Of a stretch of 64,000 nt of DNA, positions 9,503 to 20,983 are shown one piece after another (the first letter of the stretch is position 1; every line of letters starts with the position of its first letter). A model generated the notes under the pieces. The model saw only the letters and a list, made by a program, of their open reading frames with translations. It was not told the DNA's origin and ran no database searches. Source of the DNA: an uncultured Spirochaetota bacterium (GTDB lineage: Bacteria; Spirochaetota; Spirochaetia; SZUA-6; Fen-1364). The position numbers were made by a program, and so were the translations under genes. The stretch is taken from NCBI GenBank assembly GCA_963768665.1, contig CAVYIU010000007.1, positions 512,494 to 576,493 on the forward strand, written 5' to 3'.

Positions 9503-11060
9503 TCATGGTCCCGGATCCGGACGCAGAGCCAACGCGGACGGGGTCACCGCGAGCCCGCCGAGTGAAGTGACCCGGAGCTCGCGCGGCATCGCCTTGCCTA
9601 CGGCGAGGACCGCGTCGATGGTCTCGTCCAGGGGGATGGGATTGCTGTAGCCGCCCATCACGAGGTCGGCCACGACGAATGCCGAGGAGGCGGCAACGGC
9701 GTTTCGCGTGTGGCACGGTATCTCGACGAATCCCCGGACGAGGTCGCACACCGAGCCCATGGTATTCTGGAAGCACACCGCGGCGGCGTCGAGGCCGTGA
9801 CGCGGCGATCCCCCGGCAGCTTCCACGACGGCGGCCGCGGCCATGGCACCGGCAGCCCCAATTTCCACCTGGCAGCCTGCCACTTCGGCGGCAAACGTGG
9901 CGCGCTCTGCCACGACCATGCCGACGAGACCCGCCGCGAACAGGCACCTGACAGCCAGGTCTCTCGCGACGCCGCATTCGCCTGTCAGGGTGGCCATCAC
10001 GCCGGGCAGGACCCCGGGCAGACCCGGCGGTGGGTGCGGCGCAGACCACGCCCATGCTGCAGTTCACGTTCATGGCCGCCATGGCCCGCGCGGCCGCCCG
10101 GGCATGCATGCCCCCGAATGCTGCCCTGCCCGCTTCCTCCTCGCGCAGGATCGCGCCGGCCGTCGGCCGCAGGAGGCGCATGGGGGGAGCGTCGTCCCGC
10201 AGGCCTTCCGTGACCGACGAGGTCATGACATCCAGGCGTTCCGCCATGGCGTCGGTCACCCGCGCCTCCGTCAGTCCCAGGAGCGCTGCCTCGTAGCGGA
10301 TGCCGAGCTCACCGAGTGACAGGCCGTCCGCCCTGCACACCGCCTCGCTCTCCGCGGCGCTCGAGACCAGTGCAGATCCCCTTTTCGCAAATGTCAGGGG
10401 AGGGACGCTCCAGACCTGGCGCACGCCGGGCAGCGAGGAGAGGGTGGCACCCAGGGCTGGCGCCGCTGCGCGCTCTCCCCGCGCCACGAGGAGACGGAGG
10501 GTTCCGCGCTCCGCCACATGCGGTCCGGGGGTGTTCTCCGTGACATCCGTAAGCGCGGCGAGCACGGAGTGAAGGGATGCAGCATCCGCCTCCACGAGGA
10601 CCACGTGCTCACCGCCGGTGAGCAGGACCGGCCACCCGCCGATTTCCCTGATCTCCACCTGGCCGCCGCCGATGGACCTTCCCAGGACGTCGACGGCGGC
10701 CCCGGCCGCGCCCTGCAGCTTCATGAGCACGTCGTTCGGGTGCCCATCGCCCGGCAGCGGCCCCGACGCGAACCGGATGTCCAGTCCCCGCTCGGGGCCC
10801 GGTCGAGCGCGTCGCGGAAGCCCGTGTCGGTCATCTGCCATCCCAGGAGCCCGGGCAGCAAAAGCCCTGTCGGAGCCTTGCTCGCGGTAAACTCGCTCGT
10901 AGGAGCCGCCCGCCAGGAAGACGATTGTAGCGGACACGGGGCTGTCGCCGAGGATGCTGCGAGCGAGGTACGCCAGGTGATACGATCCGGCCGTATGAGA
11001 GCTTGATGGCCCGCGCATGACGGGACCGAGGACGTCATTCAGGATGCTGATCTCTCGCAT
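9503..11060 (-). CDS. Fe-S dependent L-serine ammonia-lyase, fused beta-alpha subunits (frameshifted)
   Basis: Beta motif GPVMRGPSSSHTAG, HPN, SIGGG. Alpha motifs VCAAPTAGS, AEVAGCQVEIG, VCDLVRGFVEIPC, IPLDETI, TSLGGLA, split over ORFs 9441..11060, 10721..11038 and 9503..10000. Confidence 0.88.
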
Positions 11061-11120
11061 GTCGTTCCCTCACCTCTGGCTGGTGCCGTGGGGCCGTCCC
11101 GCCGCGAGCCGTTTCGCGCG

Positions 11121-12299
11121 TCAGTCGACGATGTGCGAGACGCTGGCCGCCAGCTTCTGCTCGTCGTAGGCGACGCCGAATCCAGGACCGTCCGGGACGG
11201 AGAGGTACCCTTCCTTCAGGGGCAGGCGCAGCAGCGTGTCGTGCGGCGGCTTCAGCAGGTTGTCGTGGAGGTAAATCTCCGTGAACTCCACCGCGTCCCG
11301 GATGATCATGGTGGAAGCAGCGAGGTGCAGCTTGGCCGCATCCGTGATGCCCAGTCCGAACGCCGTCCCGATCACGCACTGGAGCCCGGCGCCCTCCGCG
11401 ATGGCCGCCACCTTCTTGGCGTTGTAGAGGCCGCCCACCTTCTCCACCTTGATGTTGATGACGTCCGCGGCGCCCTGCCGGATGATGTTCATGGCATCCT
11501 GGATCCCGTAGCAGCTCTCGTCGGCCTCGATGAGGGTGTCGACCGCGGCGCGCACCTCGGCCATGCCCTTCAGGTCCTGGTAGCCGACGGGCTGCTCCAG
11601 CAGCTCGAGTCCCACGTCGTACTTCTCCGCCAGCCGGCACAGCCTGATGGCCTCTTTCGGCGTATAGCCCTGGTTGGCGTCGGCGCGGATGGTGACGTCT
11701 CTACCCACGGCTTCCCGGATGGCCTTCAGCCGGATGGCGTCCTCGTCGGGATACCCGCCGATCTTCGGCTTGAACGCCCGCACGCCCTGCTTCACGAACT
11801 CGGCGCACCGGCGCCCCATCTCCTGCGCGGGCCCACCCCCGATCTCCAGCGCCACGAGCACTTTGTCCCGGGACTTCCCGCCGATCAGTCTGCAGACGGG
11901 GACACCGAGTGCCTTGCCCAGGAGGTCGTGGACGGCGAGGTCGATCGCCGAGCGCGCGCAGGAGTTCCCGCGAAAGTCCATCTGGTACAGGATGCGCTCC
12001 CGGTCGAAAGGGTCCACGCCGATGAGACGCGGGCCGAGATACCGGTCGATGGCCGACTTGACCTCTTCCAGCGTCTCGCCGAAGAACCCTATGTCCGGCG
12101 TGGCCTCCCCGAACCCGACGATTCCCTCGTCCGTGGCGATCTTCACGATCACGTACTCCAGCACCGGCTCGGGACGGTGCGGCGTGATGCGGCTCAGGCG
12201 GTCCCACTCCCGCTTCGTGCCCGCGTGCTCGCTGGAGGTGTAGCCGTGCCGGGGAACCGGCAGGCTGATGGCGATAGTGGAAACGCCGGTGATCTTCAT
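11121..12299 (-). CDS. Enolase-superfamily enzyme, muconate-lactonizing (MLE) subgroup (racemase/epimerase-like)
   Basis: GFGEA, FKPKIG (KxK), DANQ, EQP, DES, NIK, PDGPGFG. SD GGAGGAG before ATG 12299. Confidence 0.9.
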   Translation of the reverse strand: MKITGVSTIAISLPVPRHGYTSSEHAGTKREWDRLSRITPHRPEPVLEYVIVKIATDEGIVGFGEATPDIGFFGETLEEVKSAIDRYLGPRLIGVDPFDRERILYQMDFRGNSCARSAIDLAVHDLLGKALGVPVCRLIGGKSRDKVLVALEIGGGPAQEMGRRCAEFVKQGVRAFKPKIGGYPDEDAIRLKAIREAVGRDVTIRADANQGYTPKEAIRLCRLAEKYDVGLELLEQPVGYQDLKGMAEVRAAVDTLIEADESCYGIQDAMNIIRQGAADVINIKVEKVGGLYNAKKVAAIAEGAGLQCVIGTAFGLGITDAAKLHLAASTMIIRDAVEFTEIYLHDNLLKPPHDTLLRLPLKEGYLSVPDGPGFGVAYDEQKLAASVSHIVD

Positions 12300-12427
12300 G
12301 GTGTGCTCCTCCGGTGGAACGCTGCGAGGTGCCCGTTGCGCCTGTTTCGTGTAACACCTTGAGGAACCGCTGTCAAGGCGAGGCCCGGCGTGGACCGGGC
12401 GCCCCCCCCGCGCGCGAGGCGGCACCC

Positions 12428-12462
12428 TTGACGGCGGGCCGATTGGCTCATAGTGTCAACAA
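12428..12462 (+). promoter_or_regulatory. Sigma70-type promoter of the dapA-like operon with overlapping GntR-type box
   Basis: TTGACG-N17-TAGTGT. GTGTCAACAA at 12453-12462 overlaps the -10. A TTGACA on the minus strand at 12376-12371 faces the enolase gene. Confidence 0.55.
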
Positions 12463-12520
12463 ACCATGCACCTTGCCGGGAAGCCTGGTCGACAGCATGT
12501 CATCGTGAAAAGAGGACAGA

Positions 12521-13424
12521 ATGGCAGAGAATCGCTTGAGAGGCGTCTACGTCGTCCTGGTGACCCCGTTTGCCGCCGACGGGGAGGTGGATCGCGCGGG
12601 GATGCGGCGGAACGTGGAGTGGCTCGTGGGCCAGGGGGTGCACGGTGTCATCCCCCTCGGCAGCACCGGTGAGTTCGCGAGCCTCTCGGATTCCCAGAAG
12701 AGCGCCATCGTGGAGACCGTGATCGAGGCGGTGAAGGGCAGGATCCCCGTCGTCGTGGGAGCGGCCGCGGAGACGACTGAGAAGGCAGCGGCGAACGCGC
12801 GGGCGGCGGAGAAGGCGGGGGCAGCGGGGATCCTGCTGCTGCCGCCGTGGTACTACACGCCGAGCCAGGACGAACTGGTGGTGCACTTCCAGAAGGTCGC
12901 GGGTGCCATAGGCATCCCCGTGATGATCTACAACAATCCCTCCAGCTCGAAGGTCGACATCCAGCCGGAGACCGTGGCCCGCATGGCCGCGGCTCCCAAC
13001 ATCCGGTACATCAAGGAGAGCACGGGCGACGTCCGTCGGATCACCGCCATCCGCGACCTCACGGCGGACCAGGTCACTGTCTTCTGCGGCTGGGAAGACA
13101 TGGCATACGAGTCGTTTCTCGCCGGCGCGCAGGGCTGGGTGTGCGTGATCGGCAACGTGGCGCCCACGGCTGCCGTGCGGCTGTTCGACCTCCTCGTCGA
13201 GAAGGGGGACGGGAAGGCCGGCTCGGCGCCTCTACCGCGCGATGCTGCCCGTGCTGCGCTACCTCGAATACGCCGGCAAGACGCAGAAGGCGCTCAAGCA
13301 CGCCCTGGACACCATGGGGCTCGTCGGCGGTCACTCGAGCAGCCCGAAACTGCCCCTGGGCGACGAAGACAGGAAGACGATCGACAGGCTCCTGCGGGAG
13401 CTTGCGGAGAGGAGCGCGATATGA
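12521..13424 (+). CDS. Dihydrodipicolinate synthase (DapA/NAL) family lyase (frameshift near 13220)
   Basis: LVTPF, LGSTGE, IYNNP, Schiff-base IKESTGD. C-terminus continues in ORF 13242..13424. Confidence 0.88.
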
Positions 13425-14488
13425 CAGCGGACGGTGCCACGCGCGCGCTGGACCTCCTGCGCAGGGTCTGCGACACCCCCGGGGTGTCCGGGTTCGAAGG
13501 TCCCATCCAGGCGGTCGTGCGCGCGGAGCTGGAGAGCTCCTGCGACGAGGTGCGCATGGACCGGATGGGCAACCTCATTGGCTTCAAGAAGGCGAGGAAG
13601 GCGCCTGCCGGTACGCCGCCCCTGAAGGTCATGCTCGCCGCGCACATGGACGAGATCGGGTTCGTGGTCCGCCACATCCACGCGGAGGGCTTCCTGCGGA
13701 TCCTCCCCATCGGGGGCTATGATCCTCGGACGCTTATCGCGGAGAGGGTCGTCGTCCACGGGAAGAGCGACATCCCCGGCATCATCGCCCCGCAGCCGAA
13801 CTGGATTCTCACGGACGAGGAGAAAAAGAGGGTGCTCCCCATCCAGGAGCTGTTCGTGGACACGGGACTGCCCGGGGAGGCGGTACGCAGCCAGGTCGTC
13901 CTGGGCGACCCGATCAGCTTCGCCCAGCGTTTCGACCGCCTCGGCGGCGAGGTCGTGGTCGGCAGGAACTTCGACGACCGCCTCGGCGTTTTCGCGATGC
14001 TTGAGGCTGTCCGCCGGCTGGGCGACATCGCCGTGGACCTCTATGCCGTGGCAACGGTCCAGGAGGAGCTCGGCGTGCGCGGCGCGGAGATCGCCGCCTG
14101 GTCCGTGGAGCCCGATGTGGGAATCGCCATCGACGGCAGCCTCGCCTCGGACGTTCCCTACGCGAAGGAAGAGGACCGGCACTGCAGCCTCGGGCAGGGG
14201 ACCGGCATCTACCTCGTGGACAACCGCACGGTGAGCGACCCTCTCCTCGTGCGTTTCCTCATGAAGCTGGCCGACGAGAAGGGGATCCGCTACCAGCGCA
14301 ACCTGGGGGGCGGCACGGACGCCTCGGCCATCCAGCGGAACAAGGCGGGCGCGCGCGCGTGCACCATCGGCGCACCCACGCGCTACATGCACAGTACCTC
14401 GCAGCTCGCCGACCTTCGCGACATCGAGGAAACGGCGCGGCTGCTGGCCGCCTTCGTGGAAAACGCGCACCTCGGCGGATTGCGCTGA
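13421..14488 (+). CDS. M42 family (TET-like) metallo-aminopeptidase
   Basis: GVSGFE, AAHMDEIG, NFDDRLG, QEELGVRGA, GGGTDA, TRYMHS. ATGA overlap with the upstream gene. Confidence 0.93.
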   Translation: MTADGATRALDLLRRVCDTPGVSGFEGPIQAVVRAELESSCDEVRMDRMGNLIGFKKARKAPAGTPPLKVMLAAHMDEIGFVVRHIHAEGFLRILPIGGYDPRTLIAERVVVHGKSDIPGIIAPQPNWILTDEEKKRVLPIQELFVDTGLPGEAVRSQVVLGDPISFAQRFDRLGGEVVVGRNFDDRLGVFAMLEAVRRLGDIAVDLYAVATVQEELGVRGAEIAAWSVEPDVGIAIDGSLASDVPYAKEEDRHCSLGQGTGIYLVDNRTVSDPLLVRFLMKLADEKGIRYQRNLGGGTDASAIQRNKAGARACTIGAPTRYMHSTSQLADLRDIEETARLLAAFVENAHLGGLR

Positions 14489-14507
14489 GAAGGCGGGGAG
14501 GTTCACC

Positions 14508-15637
14508 GTGCCGAAAGACCCGCGCATGAAGCGCATGGCGGCCATTATCGTCGAGCATTCGCTGGCCGTGAATCCGGGGGAAAAGGTCCTGGTCGACGCC
14601 CTGGACGAGTCCGAGGACCTCATCATCGCCGCGGTGGACGCCATCTCCGCGGCGGGCGGGCTGCCCTACGTGCTGCACCAGACCTCGCGCGTGCGCCGCA
14701 CGTGGCTGCGGAGCGCCACCGACGCCGGGTTCGCCCTCTGGTACGACAGCGTGGCGAGCGTCAGGAAAGAGATGGATTGCCTGCTCACCATCCGGGGCAG
14801 GACAACGCCAGCGAGCTCGCTGATGTGCCGTCGGAGGCCGTGCGCAAGTTCGGCAGCTGGAACATAAAGCTGATGCTGGAGACGCGCAAGCCGGGCTTCC
14901 GCTCCACGCTGATCCGCTTCCCCTCACAATCCCTCGCGCAGCAGAGCGGCATGAGCACCGAGGCGTTCGAGGACCACTTCTTCCATGCCTGCGCCATGAA
15001 CTTCAAGGTCTTGCAAAGGGAGATGGAGCCTCTGAAGGCGGCGCTTGACGCTGCCGGCATGGTGCGCATCCTCGCCCCGGGGACGGATCTCTCCCTCTCC
15101 ATCGAAGGAATCGAGGGCAGCATCAGCGCGGGGACGTGGAACATCCCGGATGGAGAGGTCTCCATGTCGGTGGTGCGCGAGTCCGTCAACGGCCGCATCG
15201 CCTACAACATCCCGTCCAACCACCTCGGCTTCGTCTTCCGCGACATCGCGCTGACATTCCGCGACGGCTGCGTGGTCCGCGTGGAGGCGAATGACGCGCC
15301 GCGCATGGAGGCTATCCTCGACACGGACGAGGGAGCGCGCTACATCGGGGAGTTCGCCATCGGGATAAACCCGTACCTGCGGCGTCACATCATCGACACG
15401 CTGTTCGACGAGAAGATGGCCGGGAGCCTTCACGTCACCCCGTCGGGGACGGATGCGAAGGGCAGGAGATCGCTCGTGCACTGGGACATCGTGCAGTGCC
15501 ACCTGCCGGACTACGGCGGGGGGGAGATCTTCCTGGACGGGAAGCTCTGGCGAAGGGACGGGATGTTCGTGGACGAATCGATGAAGAGGCTGAACCCGGA
15601 CGCCCTGGCTGCCATCCTCGACGCGGCGGATGCCTAA
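14508..15637 (+). CDS. M29 family aminopeptidase (AmpS/AmpT-like; frameshift near 14795)
   Basis: DPRMKRMAAIIVEHS, NIPDGEV, DEGARYIGEFAIG, LFDEKMAGSLH, SLVHWDIV. Confidence 0.87.
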
Positions 15638-17150
15638 GGAGGATTTCATGGAACTCACGCTGGATCGCACGTCTCTCACGACCGCGCTCGCGAAGCTGCG
15701 GCTCCCGAGCCTCTCCTTTATCGATGGCCGGCTCACCGCTTCGGCCAGCGGGCGGACCTTCGCCACGGCGAATCCCGCCACGGGGCGGAAGCTCGGAGAT
15801 GTCGCGCTGTGCGCGGAGCAGGACGTCAACCGCGCCGTTGCCGCGGCCCGCAAGGCATTCGAGAAAGGCACCTGGTCACGGATTCCTCCTGCCGAGCGAA
15901 AGAAGATACTGCTGGGGTACGTCGACCTGCTCGCCGCGCACGCCATGGAGATCGCCCTGCTCGATTCGCTGTCCGCGGGGAAGCCCATCTTCGACTGCGT
16001 CACCATCGACATGCCCGACACGCTGCGCTGCCTGCGGTGGCACGCGGAGCTCATCGACAAGCTGTACGACAGGGTCGCGCCGACGGACCCGAAGAGCGTG
16101 GCGATGATCGTGCGCGAGCCCCTCGGGGTGATCGGCATGCTCGTCCCGTGGAACTTCCCCGCGCAGATGGCCGCGTGGAAGATCGGTCCTGCCCTGGCGG
16201 CGGGCAACAGCATCGTCATGAAGCCTGCCCGCCAGACCTCGCTCAGCGCCATCCGCATGGCCGAGCTCGCGGCCGAGGCCGGGATACCGGCGGGCGTCTT
16301 CAACGTCGTGACCGGCGAAGGCCCGGTGGTGGGGCAGGCCATCTCGCGGCATCCGGACGTTGACATGGTAGCCTTCACCGGCTCCACCGAGGTGGGCCGC
16401 GAGCTGCTGCGCTACTCCGCCGAGTCGAACCTGAAGCGCGTCATCCTCGAGCTGGGAGGAAAGAGCCCGCAGGTCGTCCTGGAAGACGCACCGGACCTTG
16501 CGCTGGTGGCGCAGAACGCGGTGAACGCGGCTTTCTGGAACATGGGGGAGAACTGCAGCAGCGGGTCGCGCCTCCTCGTCCACCGGTCCCTGAAGGACGA
16601 GCTGGTGAAGAAGCTCATCGCCCTCGTGGCGGACTGGAAGGTGGGAGACCCGTCGGATCCCGACACCCGCGTGGGTCCGCTGATCACACCCGCGCACATG
16701 AAAACCGTGTTGAAGTACATCGATGCCGGCCGCGCGGAAGGCGCGAAGCTCGTCCTGGGGGGCAGGCGCATCCTCGAAGAGTCCGGCGGCAATTTCGTCG
16801 AGGTGACGATCTTCGACGAGGTGAAGAACAGCATGACAGTCGCGCGGGAAGAAATTTTCGGGCCTGTGCTCTCCGTGCTGCCCTTCGCGTCGGAGGAAGA
16901 GGCCATTGCCATGGCCAACGACACCCCCTATGGCCTTGCCGCTTCCCTCTATACGAAGGACCTGGGCCGCGCGCACAGGGTGGCCCGCTCGCTGCGGGCC
17001 GGGACAGTGTCGGTGAACTGCTACTCGGAAGGCGACATCACTACGCCGTTCGGCGGGTTCAAGGAGTCAGGCTTTTTCGGACGCGACAAGTCCGTCGCCG
17101 CGCAGGAGCAGTACACGGAGCTGAAGACGATTTGGATCCAGGTAGGGTAG
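15630..17150 (+). CDS. NAD-dependent aldehyde dehydrogenase (PuuC-like); start may be ATG 15648
   Basis: PWNFP, FTGSTEVG, LELGGKSP, NMGENCSSGS (catalytic Cys), EEIFGPV, FGGFKESG. Confidence 0.95.
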   Translation: MPKEDFMELTLDRTSLTTALAKLRLPSLSFIDGRLTASASGRTFATANPATGRKLGDVALCAEQDVNRAVAAARKAFEKGTWSRIPPAERKKILLGYVDLLAAHAMEIALLDSLSAGKPIFDCVTIDMPDTLRCLRWHAELIDKLYDRVAPTDPKSVAMIVREPLGVIGMLVPWNFPAQMAAWKIGPALAAGNSIVMKPARQTSLSAIRMAELAAEAGIPAGVFNVVTGEGPVVGQAISRHPDVDMVAFTGSTEVGRELLRYSAESNLKRVILELGGKSPQVVLEDAPDLALVAQNAVNAAFWNMGENCSSGSRLLVHRSLKDELVKKLIALVADWKVGDPSDPDTRVGPLITPAHMKTVLKYIDAGRAEGAKLVLGGRRILEESGGNFVEVTIFDEVKNSMTVAREEIFGPVLSVLPFASEEEAIAMANDTPYGLAASLYTKDLGRAHRVARSLRAGTVSVNCYSEGDITTPFGGFKESGFFGRDKSVAAQEQYTELKTIWIQVG

Positions 17151-17180
17151 CCGCCAGATGTACCCTCGCGGCGCTCGCCG

Positions 17181-18965
17181 TCAGCTTCGATCCGGCTCGT
17201 TCCACGAACAGCATGCGGCGTACCCGCCGGCGGAAACGTCAATCGCGTTGACACCCGTCCTCAGCGCAATCTCGAATGGTGCACGGGACGCCCCTTCTGC
17301 TGATGTGATCCGGACGCTTCGCGGGCGGTCGTCGGCCTGCAGCTCCAGGACCACTCGATCACGGTCGGTCGCGTTGACGATAAGGAGCTGTTCCGGCAGT
17401 TCCCGCGGCAACGGGACTACGGTGTTGGCGAAGACGCCCGCAAGCAGTTTGGTGTCAGTCCGGGACAGGATGGCCGGGAACATGTTGTGCGGTTCCAGCG
17501 GCATCAGGTCGCCGGTGGTAATGACATCACGATGCTCCCGCCAGAAGCTCAGATACGTCTTGATCATCGCCAGATGTGACGAAGGCATCGCCTCGAGCCT
17601 GACCGACACCTGGGGAACGGAGAAGAGCGTGTGCTGCATGTGCAACGCGGCGCTGGTTACCGATTCACCCGGGTGCCAAGTGATCGGATCGGAGTGAACC
17701 GGCACCCGTCCGCTCAACAATCGGAGATCCGCTATGCGTTGCCGGTTGTCCGGATAGCTGTTGCCGCAGTCCACAGCGCGCATCATCGTGCAGTGCTGCA
17801 GCATGTGGGGTCCGCTGTAGGGCTGGCGGTACTCGATCAGGATCTCCGGATTCCGGTTCTTCAGCGCCGCGTGAATTGCTGCCATGGCAGCATCGACGGC
17901 TGCGGGCACCGACGTGCAGTCACGCCGCGGATCGTCCGGCTCGTTTTCAACGGCTCCGGCGATGGAATCGATGAAATCGATCTTGAAGCCGTCGCACCCG
18001 GTACTATCGAGCAGATGCAGGTACTCCCTGACCCACTGGGCCCGGATCTCAGGGAAGCGAGGGTCGAACCGGCCCGTGTCGCTGCCGGGAGGAGTCCACA
18101 TGTCCTTGCCAAACAGATGGCTGTTGGTGTCATTGGGCTTTGAGGGATCCGTCCACAGCACCACCTTGACCCCGAGCGCCTGCACCGTCCTGACCGTACC
18201 GGCCAGATCCGGGAACTGGTTCGGTCTAGGCCGCAGGGGCACGCCCCAACCGCCGTCGATGATGAGCGTGTCCATTCCCGACGCCTTGGCCAGACGTGCC
18301 TGGAGGATCACATCTTCCTGTGTCACGTCCCCATGATGACTGTACCAGGTACAGAAGAATGGCATGCGCGCGGCATCCGGACCGGCAGCCCGCGTCAACC
18401 CGGCCGCCTCCCACCAGTCGCCAACTTCTCGCAGCGCAACGAAGTACGGCACGCGCCGTCGGTCCAGCCTGAGCGTGCACGTGTACTCCGTAATTGGATC
18501 CCAGGGAGCCTGGAAGAGACTCACCGAACAATCCAGAAACCCTCTCTCATCGAGACTTATTCCAAGGGCATTTTCATGCAGCGCGTCTGAAAGCGCGAAG
18601 GTCAGTGCATTCACCCCACCCATGTCGTACAGGGACATGACCGGGGCGATGCCATGGGCGCCGGTGAGAATCCGGTTGGCGCAGGAGGGCATGACGTCCA
18701 GGTAGCGGTGCCTGTAGCAGCCCGGATTCCACTTGTAGTGAATGCCGACGACCGGGACCCTCCACTTCAGCTGCGCCTTCGCTGGCCTCGCCGGTCTTTC
18801 CGCGGTGATCCTGATCGTGAGATCCGTCATGCCTTCCTGCGGCGTTTCGACCTGGAAAACGCAGTCCATGCCGGGGATCGGCTCCATCCCGAATGCGTAT
18901 CCCGCCGCGGTGCACGTGGCCATTTCGTCTGCGCTCAGGAGGGGCCGCTCGAACGCAGGTGACAT
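17181..18965 (-). CDS. GH36-type alpha-galactosidase / melibiase-like glycoside hydrolase
   Basis: CTWYS, IIDGGW, DGFKIDF (nucleophile), [16 protein letters not shown]. Start overlaps the end of the ABC ATPase. AT-richer codon usage. Confidence 0.8.
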   Translation of the reverse strand: MSPAFERPLLSADEMATCTAAGYAFGMEPIPGMDCVFQVETPQEGMTDLTIRITAERPARPAKAQLKWRVPVVGIHYKWNPGCYRHRYLDVMPSCANRILTGAHGIAPVMSLYDMGGVNALTFALSDALHENALGISLDERGFLDCSVSLFQAPWDPITEYTCTLRLDRRRVPYFVALREVGDWWEAAGLTRAAGPDAARMPFFCTWYSHHGDVTQEDVILQARLAKASGMDTLIIDGGWGVPLRPRPNQFPDLAGTVRTVQALGVKVVLWTDPSKPNDTNSHLFGKDMWTPPGSDTGRFDPRFPEIRAQWVREYLHLLDSTGCDGFKIDFIDSIAGAVENEPDDPRRDCTSVPAAVDAAMAAIHAALKNRNPEILIEYRQPYSGPHMLQHCTMMRAVDCGNSYPDNRQRIADLRLLSGRVPVHSDPITWHPGESVTSAALHMQHTLFSVPQVSVRLEAMPSSHLAMIKTYLSFWREHRDVITTGDLMPLEPHNMFPAILSRTDTKLLAGVFANTVVPLPRELPEQLLIVNATDRDRVVLELQADDRPRSVRITSAEGASRAPFEIALRTGVNAIDVSAGGYAACCSWNEPDRS

Positions 18966-20983
18966 GCCACCTGGTGCGCTCCGCCGAGGTCCGTGTAGGC
19001 CGGCTCCACCTCGCGGCACTTCGCCATCACGTACCGGCACCGCGTGTGGAAGCGGCAGCCCGGCGGGGGATTGCTCGGGCTGGGAACGTCACCCGCGAGC
19101 AGGATGCGCTCCCGCCGCTCCGCGACCTCGGGCACCGGAACGGCGGAGAGCAGCGCCTCGGTGTACGGGTGGGACGGGGAGGCGAAGAGGTCCTCGCACT
19201 TCGCGAGCTCCACGATCTTCCCCAGGTACATCACGGCGACGCGATCCGCGATGTGCTTCACCACGCTGAGGTCGTGAGCGATGAAGAGGTAGGAAAGCTT
19301 CAGCCTGTCCTGGAGCTCCTCGAGGAGATTCAGGATCTGCGCCTGTATCGAGACGTCGAGAGCGGAGACCGGCTCGTCGCAGACGATGAGCCGCGGGTTG
19401 AGCGCGATCGCCCGGGCGACACCGATCCGCTGCCGCTGTCCGCCGGAGAACTGGTGCGGATACCGGCGGGCGTGGTCCGGCTCGAGGCCGACGAGGCGCA
19501 GGAGCTCGGCGACCCTCTCCCGGATCTCCTCCCGCCGGCCCACGCGATGGATGACGAAGCTCTCGCGCAGGATGTCACCGACGGTCATGCGCGGGTTCAG
19601 GGACGCGAAAGGATCCTGGAACACGATCTGGAGGTCCTTGCGGAGCGGGCGCATCTCGCGACGCGAATTGGCGAAAAGGTCCCTGCCGGCGAACTCCACG
19701 GTGCCGGCAGTCCTCTCCAGCAGCCGGAGCACCAGGCGGCCCGTGGTGGTTTTTCCGCACCCCGACTCTCCCACCAGCCCGAATGTCTCACCTTCGTAGA
19801 GATCGAAGCTGATGCCGTCCACGGCTCGCACGTGGCCGATGGTCGTACGGAATACTCCGCCCTTGATCGGGTAGTACTTGACCAGGTCGCGGACCGACAG
19901 AAGCGGGGTCTGGCCCGGCGCGGCCGCCGGGACGGGAGACCGGTCTATCGCCGCTTCCTCCCGCCGTTCCGGTCCGAGCCCGGCTCCGGGGACGAGGAAG
20001 AGCTTGCCCCGCTCCGCGTCGTACTTCCAGCACCTGGCCGTCCTTCGCCCCTCCAGGGGGAAGAGCGGCGGCATCTCGGTCCGGCAAATCTCCTGGGCGA
20101 ACCGGCACCGCGGGTGAAACGCGCAGCCGCTCGGAGCCGCCAGGGGGTCGGGAATCGAACCCGCGATGGGGTGGAGCCTCTTGCCCTTCTGGTCCGTGAG
20201 GCGGGGGATGGACTCCAGCAGGGCCATGGTGTACGGGTGCCGCGGTGACGCGAAGAGTCCCTTGACGTCCGCGTACTCCACGACCCTGCCGGCGTACATG
20301 ACCACGACGTTGTCCGCCATCTCGGCCACCACGCCCATGTCGTGGGTGATGATCATGACCGCGGAGCCGATCTCCGCCTTGAGCTTCCGCATGAGGTCCA
20401 GGATCTGCGCCTGGATGGTCACGTCCAGGGCGGTGGTGGGCTCGTCCGCAATGAGGAGCTTGGGGTTGCAGGACAGGGCCATGGCGATCATGGCGCGCTG
20501 CCGCATGCCGCCGGAGAGCTGGTGGGGAAACTCGTGGACGCGGATCTCGGGACTGGGAATCCCCACGAGCTTGAGCATGTCCACGGCCTTGTGCAGGGCC
20601 TGGCGCTTCGACACGCGGCTGTGGAGCCTCAGCGCTTCCATGATCTGCACCCCGATGGTCTGCACCGGGTTGAGCGCTGTCATGGGTTCCTGGAAGATCA
20701 TCGAGATCTCGTTGCCGCGGATCTTGCGCATCTCGGCGGTCGAGTACTCCGAGAGATCCCTGCCGCGGAAAACGATCGTGCCGTCCACGATCCGTCCGGG
20801 GGAATCGACGAGGCGCAGCACCGAGAAAGCCGTCACGCTCTTGCCGCATCCCGACTCTCCCACGATGCCCAGGGTCTCTTTCTCACGCAGCTCGAAGTCC
20901 ACGCCGTCCACCGCGAGCACGACCCCGGCGTCCGTTTGGAACTGCGTCTTGAGGTTCCTGACCGAAAGGAGAACGTCGCTCAC
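18935..20983 (-). CDS. Oligopeptide/dipeptide ABC ATP-binding protein, fused OppD-OppF
   Basis: Two Walker A motifs ([16 protein letters not shown]), two SGG signatures and two Cys-rich C-terminal domains in one frame. GTG start overlaps the upstream stop. Confidence 0.93.
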   Translation of the reverse strand: MSDVLLSVRNLKTQFQTDAGVVLAVDGVDFELREKETLGIVGESGCGKSVTAFSVLRLVDSPGRIVDGTIVFRGRDLSEYSTAEMRKIRGNEISMIFQEPMTALNPVQTIGVQIMEALRLHSRVSKRQALHKAVDMLKLVGIPSPEIRVHEFPHQLSGGMRQRAMIAMALSCNPKLLIADEPTTALDVTIQAQILDLMRKLKAEIGSAVMIITHDMGVVAEMADNVVVMYAGRVVEYADVKGLFASPRHPYTMALLESIPRLTDQKGKRLHPIAGSIPDPLAAPSGCAFHPRCRFAQEICRTEMPPLFPLEGRRTARCWKYDAERGKLFLVPGAGLGPERREEAAIDRSPVPAAAPGQTPLLSVRDLVKYYPIKGGVFRTTIGHVRAVDGISFDLYEGETFGLVGESGCGKTTTGRLVLRLLERTAGTVEFAGRDLFANSRREMRPLRKDLQIVFQDPFASLNPRMTVGDILRESFVIHRVGRREEIRERVAELLRLVGLEPDHARRYPHQFSGGQRQRIGVARAIALNPRLIVCDEPVSALDVSIQAQILNLLEELQDRLKLSYLFIAHDLSVVKHIADRVAVMYLGKIVELAKCEDLFASPSHPYTEALLSAVPVPEVAERRERILLAGDVPSPSNPPPGCRFHTRCRYVMAKCREVEPAYTDLGGAHQVACHLRSSGPS

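Noticed and set aside
12521-14488. Apparent 655-aa DapA-M42 peptidase fusion
   Set aside because: A frameshift near 13220 moves DapA into the M42 frame. The true DapA C-terminus is in ORF 13242..13424, and M42 has its own SD and an ATGA overlap.
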